Source: Mobula hypostoma (Eukaryota). From it: a stretch of 64,000 bases of DNA. A model generated the notes under the pieces. The model worked only from the letters and a program-made list of their open reading frames with translations. It was not told the DNA's origin and did not search any database. The stretch covers positions 69,876,001-69,940,000 of the forward strand of contig NC_086108.1 in assembly GCF_963921235.1 (NCBI RefSeq), written 5' to 3'. Shown here piece by piece: positions 25,656 through 38,603 of the stretch; the stretch's first letter is position 1; each line of letters starts with the position of its first letter. A program made the position numbers and the translations under genes.

Positions 25656-25930
25656 CTGCTGGAGGAACTCAGGAGGATGAGCAGTATCTGTTGGGAGGGG
25701 GTGGGGGGTGGGGAAGGAAGGAATTGACAACATTTTAGATCAAAATGCCCCCTCCACAGATGCTGCCCACTGAGTTCCTCCAGCACTTTTTTATGCTCCA
25801 GTTCCCAGCAGCTCTTATGTCTTCACATTTACAGTACTGCTTTGCATTTCATCCAAACTATTTTTATAGCAGACCTTTGACATGTAAGACAGCTACACAA
25901 GAGATTATTTAAAGACAAGCCTGGACTTAC

Positions 25931-26020
25931 ATGAATACTAAGTTTTTTACTCTTCTTTCCCTGATGATCACTGAACCAGTTCACCAAATCTGTTTTGCTG
26001 AACGACTTAAGAGCTTGAAT
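25931..26020 (-). CDS. NRDC: NRDC exon (IQALKSFSKTDLVNWFSDHQGKKSKKLSIH)
   Basis: AG/GT boundaries, 30 codons, frame continuous. Confidence 0.94.
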
Positions 26021-26432
26021 CTGTTAACAAAAGATAATAAGAATTTTGACAACTAATATTAATCAAACATAATTTGGATTTTAAAAAATGAGGAAAACTT
26101 TCTTCTTTCTGATCTTTGCCAGTAATTCTGCTGTTCCTTTCAAATGAACTGTATTAAGGAAGACATGGCTGCATGCAAGGCCAAGTCCACTTTCCAAAAT
26201 CTTTCCCAAGATCCATTACAGAATGGTAGCCAAAATGATTGGGAGGAAGGTTCCTCACTCATTCCCAGCTTATGTAGATTTATGAAAAGTATTATACAGA
26301 TATAAATTATTTATATATGCAAGTTAAAATATGGCCCTTTATTGCTGTTCCATTATAAGATCAAGCCTGCACCTGACTGAAAACTCAACTTTGCATTCCC
26401 ACCTCTCTATCACTTTGCTTTTAAATACCAAT

Positions 26433-26685
26433 GACCCGGCTGGTGGCGTAGTGGCATCAGTGCTGGACTTCGGGATGAAAGGTCCTGAGTTCGAATTCAG
26501 CTGGCTCCCCTGCATGCTTTTAATCCGTGCTGGGTTACAATCTCTTTGGAAACTCACCTAGCAGAAGGCAATGGCAAACCACTGCTGTAACTCGCCTTGT
26601 ACGTGGTTCCCCACTATGTCAGAGAGGCATGGTGGGAAATCATCCGCTAACCGGAGAAACTCTGGATGTAACATACCTTTCCTTC
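26433..26685 (+). mobile_element. tRNA-derived SINE with RTE-like body
   Basis: A box TGGCGTAGTGG, B box GAGTTCGAATT, body motif GAAGGCAATGGCAAACCACT. Confidence 0.7.
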
Positions 26686-27276
26686 TTTTTAAATATCAAG
26701 CTACCTCTGGTTTAAAGTGTTCATAGACAGATCCAGTACATTTCCAGGAACAGGCTACATAAGTTGCCATTTGGGGCCTCCAGAAAGACACAGGGGACAA
26801 TTTTCAATGTTAAAATGTAACAACAAATCATCAAAAGAAAACTTTTTCTTCGGTAGCTTAATTTGACACTGTAAATTTCCCTTGTTGGTAGGTGGGTAAT
26901 AGAATCTGCAGGCAGTTGATGGGAATTTGGGGAGAACAGAATACAATTAGCTCAGGATTAATGTAACTAGGCACCTGATGGTGTGGATAAGGTAGACAAA
27001 AATATCTGTTGTCATGCTGTATGACTACAATTCCAAATTGTATTAGATGAGAATTAAATGACTGAAATTAAATTAAATATGGTTAATCTAGTACAAAGGT
27101 AAAAGAATATTCTCATTGCTCTAACATCTTTAAATAGCAAAACCTGAAATACTCTGTATATCAATTAGAATGTTTTGAAAATATAATTCATTGCTTAATC
27201 AAATAAATTCCCATGTTAGCTAGGCTGCATCAAGTGTAACATAATTTCTTATTAAATATATTTAACTTATTAATAC

Positions 27277-27393
27277 CTCATGGGTAAGCCTGTCAAACAG
27301 ATATTGTTGCGTAAAAACTTCATCCCAATTTCTGTCTACCTCCTCTCCTAGATGTGTATCTTCACAGAGCTTAAGCTTAATCAATGCAGTTAC
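27277..27393 (-). CDS. NRDC: NRDC exon (VTALIKLKLCEDTHLGEEVDRNWDEVFTQQYLFDRLTHE)
   Basis: AG/GT boundaries, 39 codons, high similarity to nardilysin. Confidence 0.96.
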
Positions 27394-29039
27394 CTGTTGA
27401 AGTAAAAAGATGAAAAAATTAACAAACTGAAATCCATACATCCTAACTGAAATACAGCATTGCTCAAATCATGCAATAATCAAAACAAAGGCAAAAGAGC
27501 AGGACAACCAAAGAAATAAACTTTATTAGCTTGCAGCTGAACATTAGATTGGCAAAACAATGTCTGAACTAGTAACCGCTCCGAGTGTTCTGCTCAGCTT
27601 CCTAAACCCGGTTCCATTTACTTCAATAGACCCGAATTGCAGAAGAAGGTAGAACATGCAGCTGCTGGTATAAAGCACATTTAGCTACAGGAGGATTTCT
27701 ACATAACAAAATCATAGTAAAGTAAATGTTAAGTTTAATAAAATAATGCCCAACCTTAGTAGAGCAATTCAGAAAGCTCTGTTTCACAATTCTTTACTAA
27801 GAGCCCTGCAAATTGTTGTTTATTTTAAGTATGTATCATCCGAACCTGTAACCACTCCAGGTTCAATGACTTGCTGCATAAAAATCAGTTTCTTTGTCTT
27901 GTTACTTCTGTATCTATTGGTAATCTTGACTGTTCCGCAAATGAAAAGTTTCTTTTTACCATATCTAAACCCCAAAGTAAATTTCTTACTATTAAATCTA
28001 CTCTTTCCCAACTATGTGACACTATAATTACAGAGAGAAGCAAATTTAGTATTTTTGAAAGGATTCATGTAGCAAAATTACCAACATCAAAACAAATATG
28101 TAAACTTGGATACAAGTTATGATGCACAAACTTAGTTTTTAAAAAATGCTATTTCGGTGTTGCTTAAATTACCACGAAACACTAGATGCGACTCCCTGAC
28201 TTGTCTTACTAAATAGGCATTAACCCACCCCGAGATGTTATCTTTATATTATCCATAACTTGAATTCCACCTACATTAGACTCAAGAGATACAGAATTGA
28301 AACAGGGCCTTGGGTCCACAGAGTCTGTGACAAACTTGCCCTCATCTATTTTATCCTTCCTACACTCGTTAACTCTCCACTCCTGTCCACATTCTATACA
28401 GTAGGGGAAATTTTAAATAGGCAATTACTCTAGCTATCTACATATCTTTTGTGATGTGAGGGGAAACAGAACACCCAGAGGATCAGCGAGCAGTCACAGG
28501 GGAACTTGCAACCTCCTCACAGACAGCACTGAAGATCAGAATTGGAAATGGGTCACTGGAGCCATGAAGCAGCAACTCTACAAGGTATGTCACTGTGCTG
28601 TCCAAAACTGCACAATGGTGACCTGGGTACCTACTAACCTGAATCAACCCAAATTCATTTAAAGACAAGATCATTTCTGAGGTGATAATTCTTATCACCT
28701 AAAATTTTTTTTTAAGGAAATTGGAGGACAGCAAGGGGAGGCAAATGTGAGAGACAATTTTTTTTTATATAAACACACACACCCCTCTACCACCAGGGAG
28801 TAGAGGTAAATATATTAGGACATTTAAGAAATGTTACAGGTCAGCCCCAGGTACTGTTGTCAGTTTTTAAAGCCCACTTCATCTGATAACGTACAGCATA
28901 TTTCCTCAAATCCATCGGTAGATTAATCTTAGAGTAGGTTATAAGGTCAGTACAACGTTGTGAACCAAAAGGCCTGTACTATGTGTAGGTATATTTTGTA
29001 TTCTACAATTTGCCAGGGGAAGCCCAATTGGAATTTCAC

Positions 29040-29990
29040 TGTCCATGCTGGCCAAAATATCTCTTTTGCATAATCTACTAAGAGATTTATTTATTTTATA
29101 TGTGATTTGGATACTAATGCTTGATCAGCAAGCTGCAGATGCACTAAATTATGAGATACTGCTGGTAGTGAAGGTTATTGTAGATTACAAGGGAATCTTG
29201 ATCAGTTAGGGAAGTAGGCTGAGGAGCAGCAAATGGAGTTCTTTACAGCAAAGTGTAAAGTGATGTATCTGGGAAAGTCAGACCAGTGGAGGACTTACAC
29301 TATGAATGGTAGGGCACTAGAGAATGTAATGGAACAGAGGAACCTACAAATACGTCCATTGTTTGTTGAAAGCAGCATCGTAGGCAGACAGGTGTTCAAA
29401 AGACAATTAGCATGCTGGCTTTCATCAGTCAGAGCACTGAGCATAGGAGTTAGGGTATTATAGTAATGATCTTTAAAGATTCACTAGATTCTGGAATGGC
29501 TCCGGAAGACTGGAAAATTGCAAATGTCACTTCACTCTTAAAGAGGGGAGAGAGGCAGAAGATAGGAAACTATAAGCCAATTAGTGGGGCTGAGGAGGGG
29601 GAAAAAAGGATCAGCTATGATTGGCGGAACAGACTCAACGGGCCAAATCTGCTCCTATGTCTTATGGTCTTAATTGACTCCAAAGTCTGACCCCTGTGGA
29701 GTCAACTAAGGATGAAGTCTCAAGGTATTTGGAGGCACATGATAATACAGACTTGTAGTCAGCACGGTTTCCTCGAGGGAAAATCTCTTCTGACAAATCT
29801 GTTGGAATTCCTTGAAGAAATAACAAGGATAGACAAAGGAGAATTGGTAGATGCTGTGTACTTGGATTTTCAGAAGATCTTTGACAAGGTGACACACAAG
29901 GCTCTCAACAAACTACAAGCCCATGGTATTACAGTAAAGACTTGTTAGGCTGAAGGGCCTGTATCCATACAGTATTGCTCTATGGCTCGG
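29040..29990 (+). mobile_element. Mosaic of CR1 ORF2 fragments
   Basis: ORFs 29233, 29466 (EDWKIANVT..GNYKPIS) and 29712 (QHGFLEGKSLLTNLLEF..YLDFQKIFDKV). Confidence 0.8.
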
Positions 29991-30029
29991 AAATTATTTG
30001 CTCAGGCATTCTGACAAGACCAACAAGAC

Positions 30030-30695
30030 CCAGGATACTACAGATGCTGGAATCTGAAGCAACAAACACTTTACTGGAGGAACTCAACAGGCCATGTAGT
30101 ATCTGTGGATGGAAAGGAATCGTTGACATTTTGGGTTGAAACTCTGCATCAGGACAGAGTGGAGAAGCAAGATGGCCAGCAGAGAGGGTTCCAAAAAGTG
30201 ATAGGTAGACTGAGGATGGGTGTGAGATGGCATGCAGGTTGTGCCAAGTAGGGGAGGTGAAGGGATGGAGTTGGAAGCCTGTAGCAGGTGACAGATGGAG
30301 GCACAGGTACAGGAAAAAACGGATGGAGAAAGGTTGCAGGGGTAGGGGGGAGAAGAGGAGCATAAAGATAAGAGGCAATTGCTGGAGGGAGATACAAGCA
30401 GCACAAAGCACTGCCAAAGCTGGATCTGTAAAAGTAAAGGAGATGAAAATGCAAGCCTTTAGAGTTGGAACCAGATGGTGGGGTGGAGTTACAGCAAGGA
30501 AATTGTGTGTGAAGTGGGTGGATGAGCCTGGAGCGGGAAGGGGTTGAAGATGGGTGAAGGGGGTGGGGGAGAGAGTGGGCAAGAGGCCAACCAGCTCTGA
30601 AGCAGGGTTTTGACCTTTAAATGTCAACTTCTTTTCCTCTGACAATGCTGCATGACCCCTTGATTTGCTTCAGCACATTGTTGGTTGCTCCAACG
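30030..30695. mobile_element. Old fold-back Penelope-like terminus with a purine-rich spacer
   Basis: Degenerate pLTR at 30035-30155 and an inverted degenerate pLTR at 30595-30692, both with decayed CTGA..GAAA motifs. Confidence 0.55.
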
Positions 30696-31250
30696 TCCTG
30701 AAGAGATTGAAATGCACTCAAATGTGAATGTGACTAATGCAAGAATGTGTTTCAGCAGCAGATCTAAAACACCGATGAAAGAGAGTGTCTTAACACACTC
30801 TCAGTGATGGAGTGCATGTGCTTTTGGAATCTCAGCTCAGGATATGTAAGTTTGAATAGTTTTCTTTCAAATGATCCAGCTCACGTGAATGTGGATATTA
30901 GTGGCTGGGTAAAAGAGAAAGACAATAGTTTTTTTGGGGGGTGGGGGTTGGAAAGCACGTGGAGATGAATTGCACAGGTTTAATCAGAGTAACTGAGAAT
31001 TTAATAAAAAACTGCACATATAGCAAATCTGAAACAAAAAAGAAAACACTGGAAACTCTCAGCAGGTCAGAAGAGTTTCCAATGTAAATGGTTAACATTT
31101 ATTTTCCCATTTTTCCACAGAGGCTCCTTTGTTTCCACCACCTCCACTGCCTCCCCCACTCCACCAATCCAGCATTTTCAGTTTTTATTTCTTTGGTGTA
31201 CAGTTACCAGGGTCAGGAAAAGATGTGCAAGCTGACTAAACGGAAGCAGT

Positions 31251-31418
31251 AAACACGAGGAATTCTGCAGATGCTGGAAATTCAAGCAAAACACGTCAAA
31301 ATTGCTGGTGAACACAGCAGTCCTGACGAAGGGTCTCGGCCCGAAACGTCGACTGTACCTCTTCCTAGAGATGCTGCCTGGCCTGCTGTGTTCACCAGCA
31401 ACTTTGATGTGTGTTGTT
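31251..31418. mobile_element. Fold-back Penelope-like pLTR insert
   Basis: 14-bp TSD with one mismatch, TAAACGGAAGCAGT (31237-31250) / TAAACAGAAGCAGT (31419-31432); inverted arms surround a hammerhead motif. Confidence 0.85.
31318..31355 (+). ncRNA. Minimal type I hammerhead ribozyme motif (Penelope-associated)
   Basis: CAGTC-CTGACGA-A-GGGT(CTCG)GCCC-GAAA-C-GTC/GACTG: stem I CAGTC:GACTG, core CUGANGA and GAAA, stem II, palindromic ACGT stem III, predicted cleavage after 31350. Confidence 0.75.
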
Positions 31419-31605
31419 TAAACAGAAGCAGTTACAGTTTCAAAATTTATCAGCACATTTGTGGAATAGACATGTCTCCAATTTTTTAGCGACAGTTACA
31501 TTTGTTTAAATTAAAAGCTCTATTGGATTAACAAAAGCTATACAGAAGAACTGATTTTGAAAAGATTTACAATGTCTTCTTTGAATTATTTGTAATATTA
31601 CTTAC

Positions 31606-31696
31606 CTGAGCATTGAAGGAATCCTGACTCATTGACATTAATCTTTTATTAAAGCTTTTCAGAAATTCTTCAATTTTCTTGTCTACTACTTCAGTA
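31606..31696 (-). CDS. NRDC: NRDC exon (TEVVDKKIEEFLKSFNKRLMSMSQDSFNAQ)
   Basis: AG acceptor and GTAAGT donor; frame continuous. Confidence 0.95.
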
Positions 31697-32590
31697 CTGT
31701 TCAAGAATTTAAATACAATTAATAATGCTGGAATCAGGACCCTATACATTAAACTATAAAATTCCATTTGAAATGGAAATAAGGGTTGTTCCACAGTGCA
31801 CATTCAATAAGATCATGGCTATTCCTCTACCTGGAATCCACATTCATTCTAATCCCCATTCCCTCTATTCCCATAAATTCATCATCGACTTAACTGCAAC
31901 TCTCTGCATTACAGAAGTTCTAAGACTTGAAACCTCCAAAGTAAAGACATTCCCACTTACTTAATGGGCTGACCTCTTACCCCAAGTTCTAGATTCATCA
32001 GCCAAAGCAATCTGTTTCGCAGAATTCATTATATTTTAAAATCAAAATCATTTCACACATCTGATTTTCAATGAGGTTAGGGTTATTCTCCTCAATCTCT
32101 CTGATTGAAAAACCCCTTTACCCATGAATCAATGAAGTGAATCTACATTGTACCCAAAGAAAATGTAGCTGCCTTGAAAATGGTGCAGGGACAAAAACTG
32201 CATCCAATAAAGTATATACAGTGAGGTCAGCCCATAGTTCTATACAAATACAGCAAGATTTCCTTACCCTTGCACCCCAGCTCCCCTCGATTCCTAAATG
32301 TTCACTACCCAAACGTTAACTTTGTAATCATTCTGAACATCCGCATTTACTAGCTCAAAAATAAAATACAAATACTAGAATTCTGAAATGAAAAGAGAAA
32401 CAACAGGAATTGCCAGCAGCTGTGAATATTCAGCAGAAGCTCAAGAGAAAGCAATCTTTAAGATGTAGAAAATTAAAAGGAAGGAGCAAAGCACACAAAA
32501 AGGAATATGATAGTGTAAGGCATGAAAGTATAAATGCGAAAATCAGGTGATGCCGAAAGAAGTTGATAAAGGGATTAGTGAATAACACAA

Positions 32591-32766
32591 ACACGAGGAA
32601 TTCTGCAGATGCTGGAAATTCAAGCAACACACATCAAAGTTGCTGGTGAACGCAGCAGGTCAGGCAGCATCCTGACGAAGGGTCTCGGCCTGAAACGTCG
32701 ACTGTACCTCTTCCTAGAGATGCTGCCTGACCTGCTGCGTTCACCAGCAACTTTGATGTGTGTTGC
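32591..32766. mobile_element. Fold-back Penelope-like pLTR insert with a hammerhead core
   Basis: Perfect 14-bp TSD AGTGAATAACACAA (32577-32590 / 32767-32780); CTGACGA (32672)...GAAACGTC (32692-32699); stem I truncated by the inversion junction. Confidence 0.87.
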
Positions 32767-32938
32767 AGTGAATAACACAAGGTTGGTTTAGAGAGGGGGT
32801 ATAAATGAGAGAAATGGAATAATTCACTTGCACCAAATTATATATATTGTTCTGTAATCTTCAAAGCTAATTGCTGCACTCTTTCCCCTGCCCAGCCCAA
32901 AGATACAATAAACAGAAGCAACAGTCAGAAAAACACAC

Positions 32939-33022
32939 TTAAATTTTGTTGCCTGTGTTTCCACTGTGATTGAGAACCCCAAGATTCCAGAAGTATTTCG
33001 GCTGGAAGGATACACATGGTAC
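32939..33022 (-). CDS. NRDC: NRDC exon (YHVYPSSRNTSGILGFSITVETQATKF)
   Basis: cttcag acceptor and GTGTGT donor; phases match both neighbours. Confidence 0.93.
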   Translation of the reverse strand, partial: VPCVSFQPKYFWNLGVLNHSGNTGNKI

Positions 33023-34272
33023 CTGAAGCATAGAATACAAAACTACATGAAATAAGCTGTTATTTCAAATTAGTCTCCACTTGTAATTAGAATTTATTTA
33101 TGGAATGTAGGATCAGCCTTTCTGTAAACAAACTTCAGGAATTGTTCAAGCAATGCACATTATTTACTTTTAACTGAAGTTGATTCAGTAACTTTATTTG
33201 ATTACAACCACAAATGTGAGACTTTAGCAATCCAGTGCATTTTGAATAGGATTTGAAGATTTATAATGAAACTAGTAAGCAAATTCCCACAGCAGGTGCA
33301 AATTTGTCGAATGTTTTTCAAACTAATTCAATTTATCTATCAAATCCAATAAGCCAACATCTCCTGTTTGTGCTACAAGGAAGCACAGAGATGATGTTCA
33401 GTTGGTGTCCAGTTATTAAGAAACATTTAAGAATTTTGGCAATATTACAACAAATTATTATTTCTACTTCCCACCAACCCCTACAATTTGATTTTGTTTG
33501 CCCCTCATTTGTTTTATTTAAATACAGTGTTCATTATAACACACACTGTGCACATTTGACTTCCCTTCACAAATATAGCGGTGCAATATACAATGTTTTA
33601 TTTTAATTAACTAAAACACGGTTCATTTTCAGAAAAAGAACTCACCGAGATTTCACCAGTCCTTCCAATAATCAAGTCAATCTTACAACTTCATTTCAGA
33701 ACTAATGATAAGAAAACCATCTCCAGTGGAGAAATTGGCAGCAGCCCAGGGACCACACAAAAACATGTCATATAACACATGATATAAATATATCCCCAAT
33801 CCTCTTGCAAGCATCTACTCTGATCAAGATGAAAATCTGATCGCTGAACTCTGACAGTTATTTCAATGTTCAATTTTCTTTTTGTTAAAACATTTATTTC
33901 ACCTCAACAAATCTATTCAAATCTTTCCAAGTTAAATCTAGAAATCTGTCTTCCTTGCTGGGCCAGGATTTAGGCTGATATTCTACAATCCTGCTTAGCA
34001 CTGAACTGGACATTCCAATTTTAATACAATTGATGTTTTAAAATCATAATGAATTGCATTATTGCCTATTCTACACGGGTGAACTTCATTCTTTGTTTAC
34101 TTTTTACCCACTTTTAAATCCAGAATGCAATGTCATTCAATTATATCTATATTTACCCTTTTGAACCGAAATGACATCCTAGTCTTTACTTAATGTGAGT
34201 TTCAAGAAGAGTATTGCTGATAATGACTTTGAATAATACACATTGTAAAAAAGGAGGTGAAAAAATATTTAC

Positions 34273-34325
34273 CCAAGTGTTTCTTTTGTCCTCAGAAAAT
34301 CAAAACAAGGTTCTTCCATGTGCAT
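34273..34325 (-). CDS. NRDC: NRDC exon (MHMEEPCFDFLRTKETLG)
   Basis: M16 peptidase F..LRT.E.LGY motif; AG/GT boundaries. Confidence 0.96.
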
Positions 34326-35563
34326 CTGAAATCAAGGATCAAAATCAACTCAGCAAAAGAATCTTGTCCTCTGTATGGCATACAGTAGCATCTATCCCTC
34401 TTGCAAGGATTTTTTTAAAAGTCTGAGCACTTAACAAAAAAAAAGGCTAACAATGTTCGGAGTCTTAGAGGAGACGGTGTGAAATTTTCGAAGTCGCAAA
34501 TCAGTTTCAAGACAGTTTCCATTGATTTGAAGCAAATGTAAGCCCATAATTTAAGGGAAATAAAGGGGAACTCTTGGTGAGCTAGCAAGACATGAGTAGG
34601 AAGGTCCAGACTTATGAAGGAAATGGTAACAGGCAAGTTTGGAAATAACATGATTGAGCAGAGCTACATAGATTTATGAAAAGAAAATCATGTTTGACAA
34701 ACCTTCATAAATGGGCCATTTTTGGGATGAGAGGTTTTGACAAGTAGGGTTCTGCAGAAGCACTGCTGTGCCTGTATCTTTATCTCAATGATATGCATGA
34801 AGAGTGTGAACCAAATTTATCAAAGTTTTACGATGATAATAAGCCAGGAGGTAGTGAGGCCTGATAGGAGTGCTGGGATATAGACAAGTTAAGGACATAA
34901 CAGGTGGTATATAATACAGAAAAATTCAACGTTATCCACTTTAGTGAAAAAAAAGAGAAGTTATGCAGAATATAGGGACTCCCTGGGTTACAAATGACAT
35001 GGTTCGTACAAAACTACAAATTCTCCCACACATCTTTAAAGCACATTTAAAACTAGTAACAACAATAACAAAATGTTTGATGGCATTCATTAATGAAAGG
35101 AATGAGTGTATATTCCATTAGTTTAGGCAGTGAAGATAATTATTCAATGAATTGAAAGCATTACAGTATGTATATATGTAGAGTGATATACAGATAGCTA
35201 TGGAAATTTATTTCTTAGAGATTGACTTACAAACAGTTCTCAGGAACTTTCTGTACCACAGATTCCTGTACTTTTTAAAATAATGATAGATTATAAGGGT
35301 AAACTGTGTCCTTTGACAAAGATCCTTAAAAGGTGTTAGGAAGTTCAGCAAGCAATTTTGAAGACAAAAGCTAAGCTGGACAATACCACAAAAAAGCTTT
35401 GTGTATAGAGTGGAAATCCAATCCCATGACAAAAATAAGGGTGATCTCACTGAAATGTACACATTTCTCAGAAGCTTGATAAGGTTGAGGTGGAGTTCAT
35501 GCTTCCCGTAGCTGTGCTGCTTAGAATATGTCATGGTCTACAGCCACTCAGGACCAATCACAG

Positions 35564-37590
35564 TTCAAAGTTCTAAGATCAAAGTAAAATTTATTATTGA
35601 AGTACACATACATCACGACATACAACACTAAGAATTATTTTTTTGTGGGCATACACAGTAAATTGAGGAAATATAATAGAATCAATGAAAGATTGCACCA
35701 AACAGACGGACAGACAGCCAATGTGAAAACACAGAAGAAGAAAAAAAATAAATAAGCATTAAGTATCAAGAACTTGAGATGAAGAGTACTTGAAAGTGAG
35801 TTCCTGGGTTGTGGGAAAATAGCAATGATGGAGTGAGTGAAGTTATCCCCGCTGTATCAACAGCCTGATGGTTGAGGGCTAATAACTATTCCTGAACCTG
35901 GTGGTGTGGGTCTTGAGGCTCCTGTATCTTCTTACTGATGGCAGCAGTGAGAAGAGAACAAGGCCTGGGTGGTGACGTTCCTTGATGGTGGATGCTGCTT
36001 TCCTGCAATGGTTGGGAGGGCTTTACTTGTGATGGACTGGTCTGTATCCACTACATTTTGGAGGATTTTTCATTCAACATCATTGGTGGTTTCATACCAA
36101 GCTATGATGCAACCAGTTAATATACTCTCCACCACACATTTATAGAAGTTTATCAGAAGTTTTAGGGTCATGCTCAACCTTCACAAACTCCTAAGGAAGT
36201 AGAGGCACTGCTATGCTTTCTCCGTAATAACACTTGGATGCTGGGCCTGGAGAGATCATCTGAAATGATAACACCAAGGAATTTAAAGTTGCTGAACCTC
36301 TCCACCCAATTCCCTGATGAGAACTGGCACATGGACCTCTAGTTTCCACCTCCTGAAGACAAAAATCAACTTCTTGCTCTTGCTGACATTGAGTGGGAGG
36401 TGATTGTTGTGGCACCACAAAGCCAGAATTTCTATCTTCCTCGTATATACTGATTTGTCACCACCTTTGATTTGGCTTATGACAGTGGTGTCATTGGCAA
36501 ACAAACAGGCATTGGAAGAGCAGTGCTTAGTCTCACAGTCATAAGTATAAAGCGAGTGTAGTAGGGGGCTAAGCATGCAGATTTGTGGTGGACTTGTGCT
36601 GATGAAGACAGTGGAGGAGATGTAGTAGTCAATCCGAAATGACTGGGGTCTGCAAGTGAAGAAATCAAGGATCCAACTGCACTAGGAGTTATTGATGCCA
36701 AGCTCTTGGAGCTTACTAGTTAATTCTGAAGGGATGATGGTATTGAATGCCGAGCTGTAGTCAATAAAGAGCATCCTGATGCATCTATCTTTTCTGCCTA
36801 GATGTTTCATGATTGAGTGAAGAGCCAATGCAACGGCATCTGCTGTGGATCTATTGTGCTGGATGGCAAATTGGAGTGGATCCAAGTCACTTCTTAGGCA
36901 GGAGTTGATGTGCTTCATCACCAAACTCTCAAAGTACTTCATCACTGTGGACGCAAGTGCTACTGGATGACAGTCATCGAGGCAGGTTACCAGGTTTTTT
37001 TAGGCATTGGTATAATTGAAGCTTGCTTGAAGCAGGTGGGTACCTCTAACTGCTAGAGATTAAAGATATCAGTGAACACTCCAGCCCATTGATCAGCACA
37101 GCTCTTTAATACTCAGCCCGATACAGTATTTGGGCTACTCTCCTAAAGGATGCTCTCTTGTCAGCCTCAGAGACTGAAATCTCAGGGTCATCAGGGGCTG
37201 TAGGCATTTGTGAAGGTTCCTCCATGTTTTTACAGTCAAAGTGAGCATAGAAGGCATTGAGCTCATCTGGGAGCAAAGCCTTGTTGTCACCTATGTCACT
37301 TGTTTTCACTTTGAAACAGGTAATAGCATTCAAGCCCTTCCATAGCTTTCGAGCATCCTTGATTCAATTCAGTTCGGTCCAGAATTGCCACTTGACACGT
37401 GAGATAGCTTTCCAGAGATCATACCTGGACTTCTTTTATTATTTGGTCGTCAGTCTTGAATGCCACTGTTCTGACTCTCAACAGACGGCGGATGTCGTGG
37501 TCCTTCCAGGGCTTCTGGTTGGGGAAGACTGAATGATTTTGTAGGGACACATTCATCGTTGACTGTTTTTATAACGTCCATGACAACCAT
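35564..37590 (-). mobile_element. Degenerate Rex1/Babar LINE (RT region to 3' end)
   Basis: LDPLQFA..NRSTADAV..RMLFIDYSSAFNTIIP, LSPLLHSLYTYDC and FANDTTV motifs in broken frames. Confidence 0.9.
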
Positions 37591-38555
37591 GATTCATGAA
37601 GAAATCTTTTTGCACAGACTGTAGTGAATCTTAAAAATTCACAAATGAGCAGAACTGTGGAGACTCAGTCACAGAGTACACTTAAGGCCAACTCACCAGT
37701 CTTTAGATGTTAAGGGAATCAAATGATGAGGTCAGAATAGGGAAGTTATACAGAGGTAAAATGATCTGATTAAATGGTTGAGAAGGTACCAGAAGCCAAA
37801 TGGCCTTCTCCTACAGATCAGTGTAAACCTATGCAAGTGCAACTCATGTCACTAAAATATGCCAGAAACATTCAAATACATTTAGTGTTCTGACAGTTTT
37901 GACATCCAGCTTAGCCAACTGAAGAAGAATTTTTCAACATTGTCTCTGCCAAGCTTTGTTCCCTTCTAATTATAAGATAATTTATGGTAAGGCACAATTA
38001 GCACAAAAACTGTACCAGTGAAGATGGGGTTGGATTTATTCAATTTGCCCCATGGTACGTCTGCACTGTGCAAACTGTGAGTGGCAAGCATATCTGTAGC
38101 AAAGTCTATCTCTTACTCAAGCCAGTGAACACATAGAGAAGTACGCATATTTATATGACTAACTTAAACATTGAAAATATACAGTTATAATGGAGAAGGG
38201 GAAGTTAGTAGATGTTTCAGCCAGTAAAACATAGAGTACATTTTAACTTGTGTCTGCTGAAGCAGGTCTTTTTTAACCAAAATTGAAATTGGAAACTAGC
38301 AAGTATAAACAGGTCTGATATGTGAGTAAAATAGAAAATTGTGGTAGTTATAATATACATAAAATACTAATGAATTACAACTGTAATGTAATTTCTACGT
38401 GGCCTAGAGTAACAAAGTGAAAAAGCAGTAAATCTTGGAATTCCAAAGGCCTTCTGACAAATACTAGTGAACTCTCAATGATTCCTTCAACAAATAGTCT
38501 TTTTTAAAAATTAAAATTACTAATATTGAAAATGAGATTGTGTACATTTACTTAC

Positions 38556-38603
38556 AACAAGTAGTTCCATAAGGGCATTTTCCCTTACTTTGTGACAACC
38601 TGA
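38556..38603 (-). CDS. NRDC: NRDC exon (SGCHKVRENALMELLV)
   Basis: ttttcag acceptor, GTAAGT donor, 16 codons. Confidence 0.92.

Noticed and set aside
26437..26510. tRNA-like sequence with A and B boxes
   Set aside because: No convincing cloverleaf, and it continues into a SINE body; a relative at 62146-62335 supports a SINE head rather than a tRNA gene.
29683..29706. Short inverted repeat TTGACTCCA..TGGAGTCAA at a CR1 fragment junction
   Set aside because: Only 9 bp; plausibly a repair or template-switch scar with no functional support.
29980..30645. 221-aa minus-strand ORF and overlapping ORFs
   Set aside because: Low-complexity pyrimidine/purine tract of a Penelope-like terminus; no recognisable domain or splice support.
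31251..31418. Fold-back inserts as MITEs or miRNA genes
   Set aside because: Variable 8-14 bp TSDs, unequal arms and different junctions fit retrotransposition rather than a cut-and-paste MITE; no recognisable miRNA.
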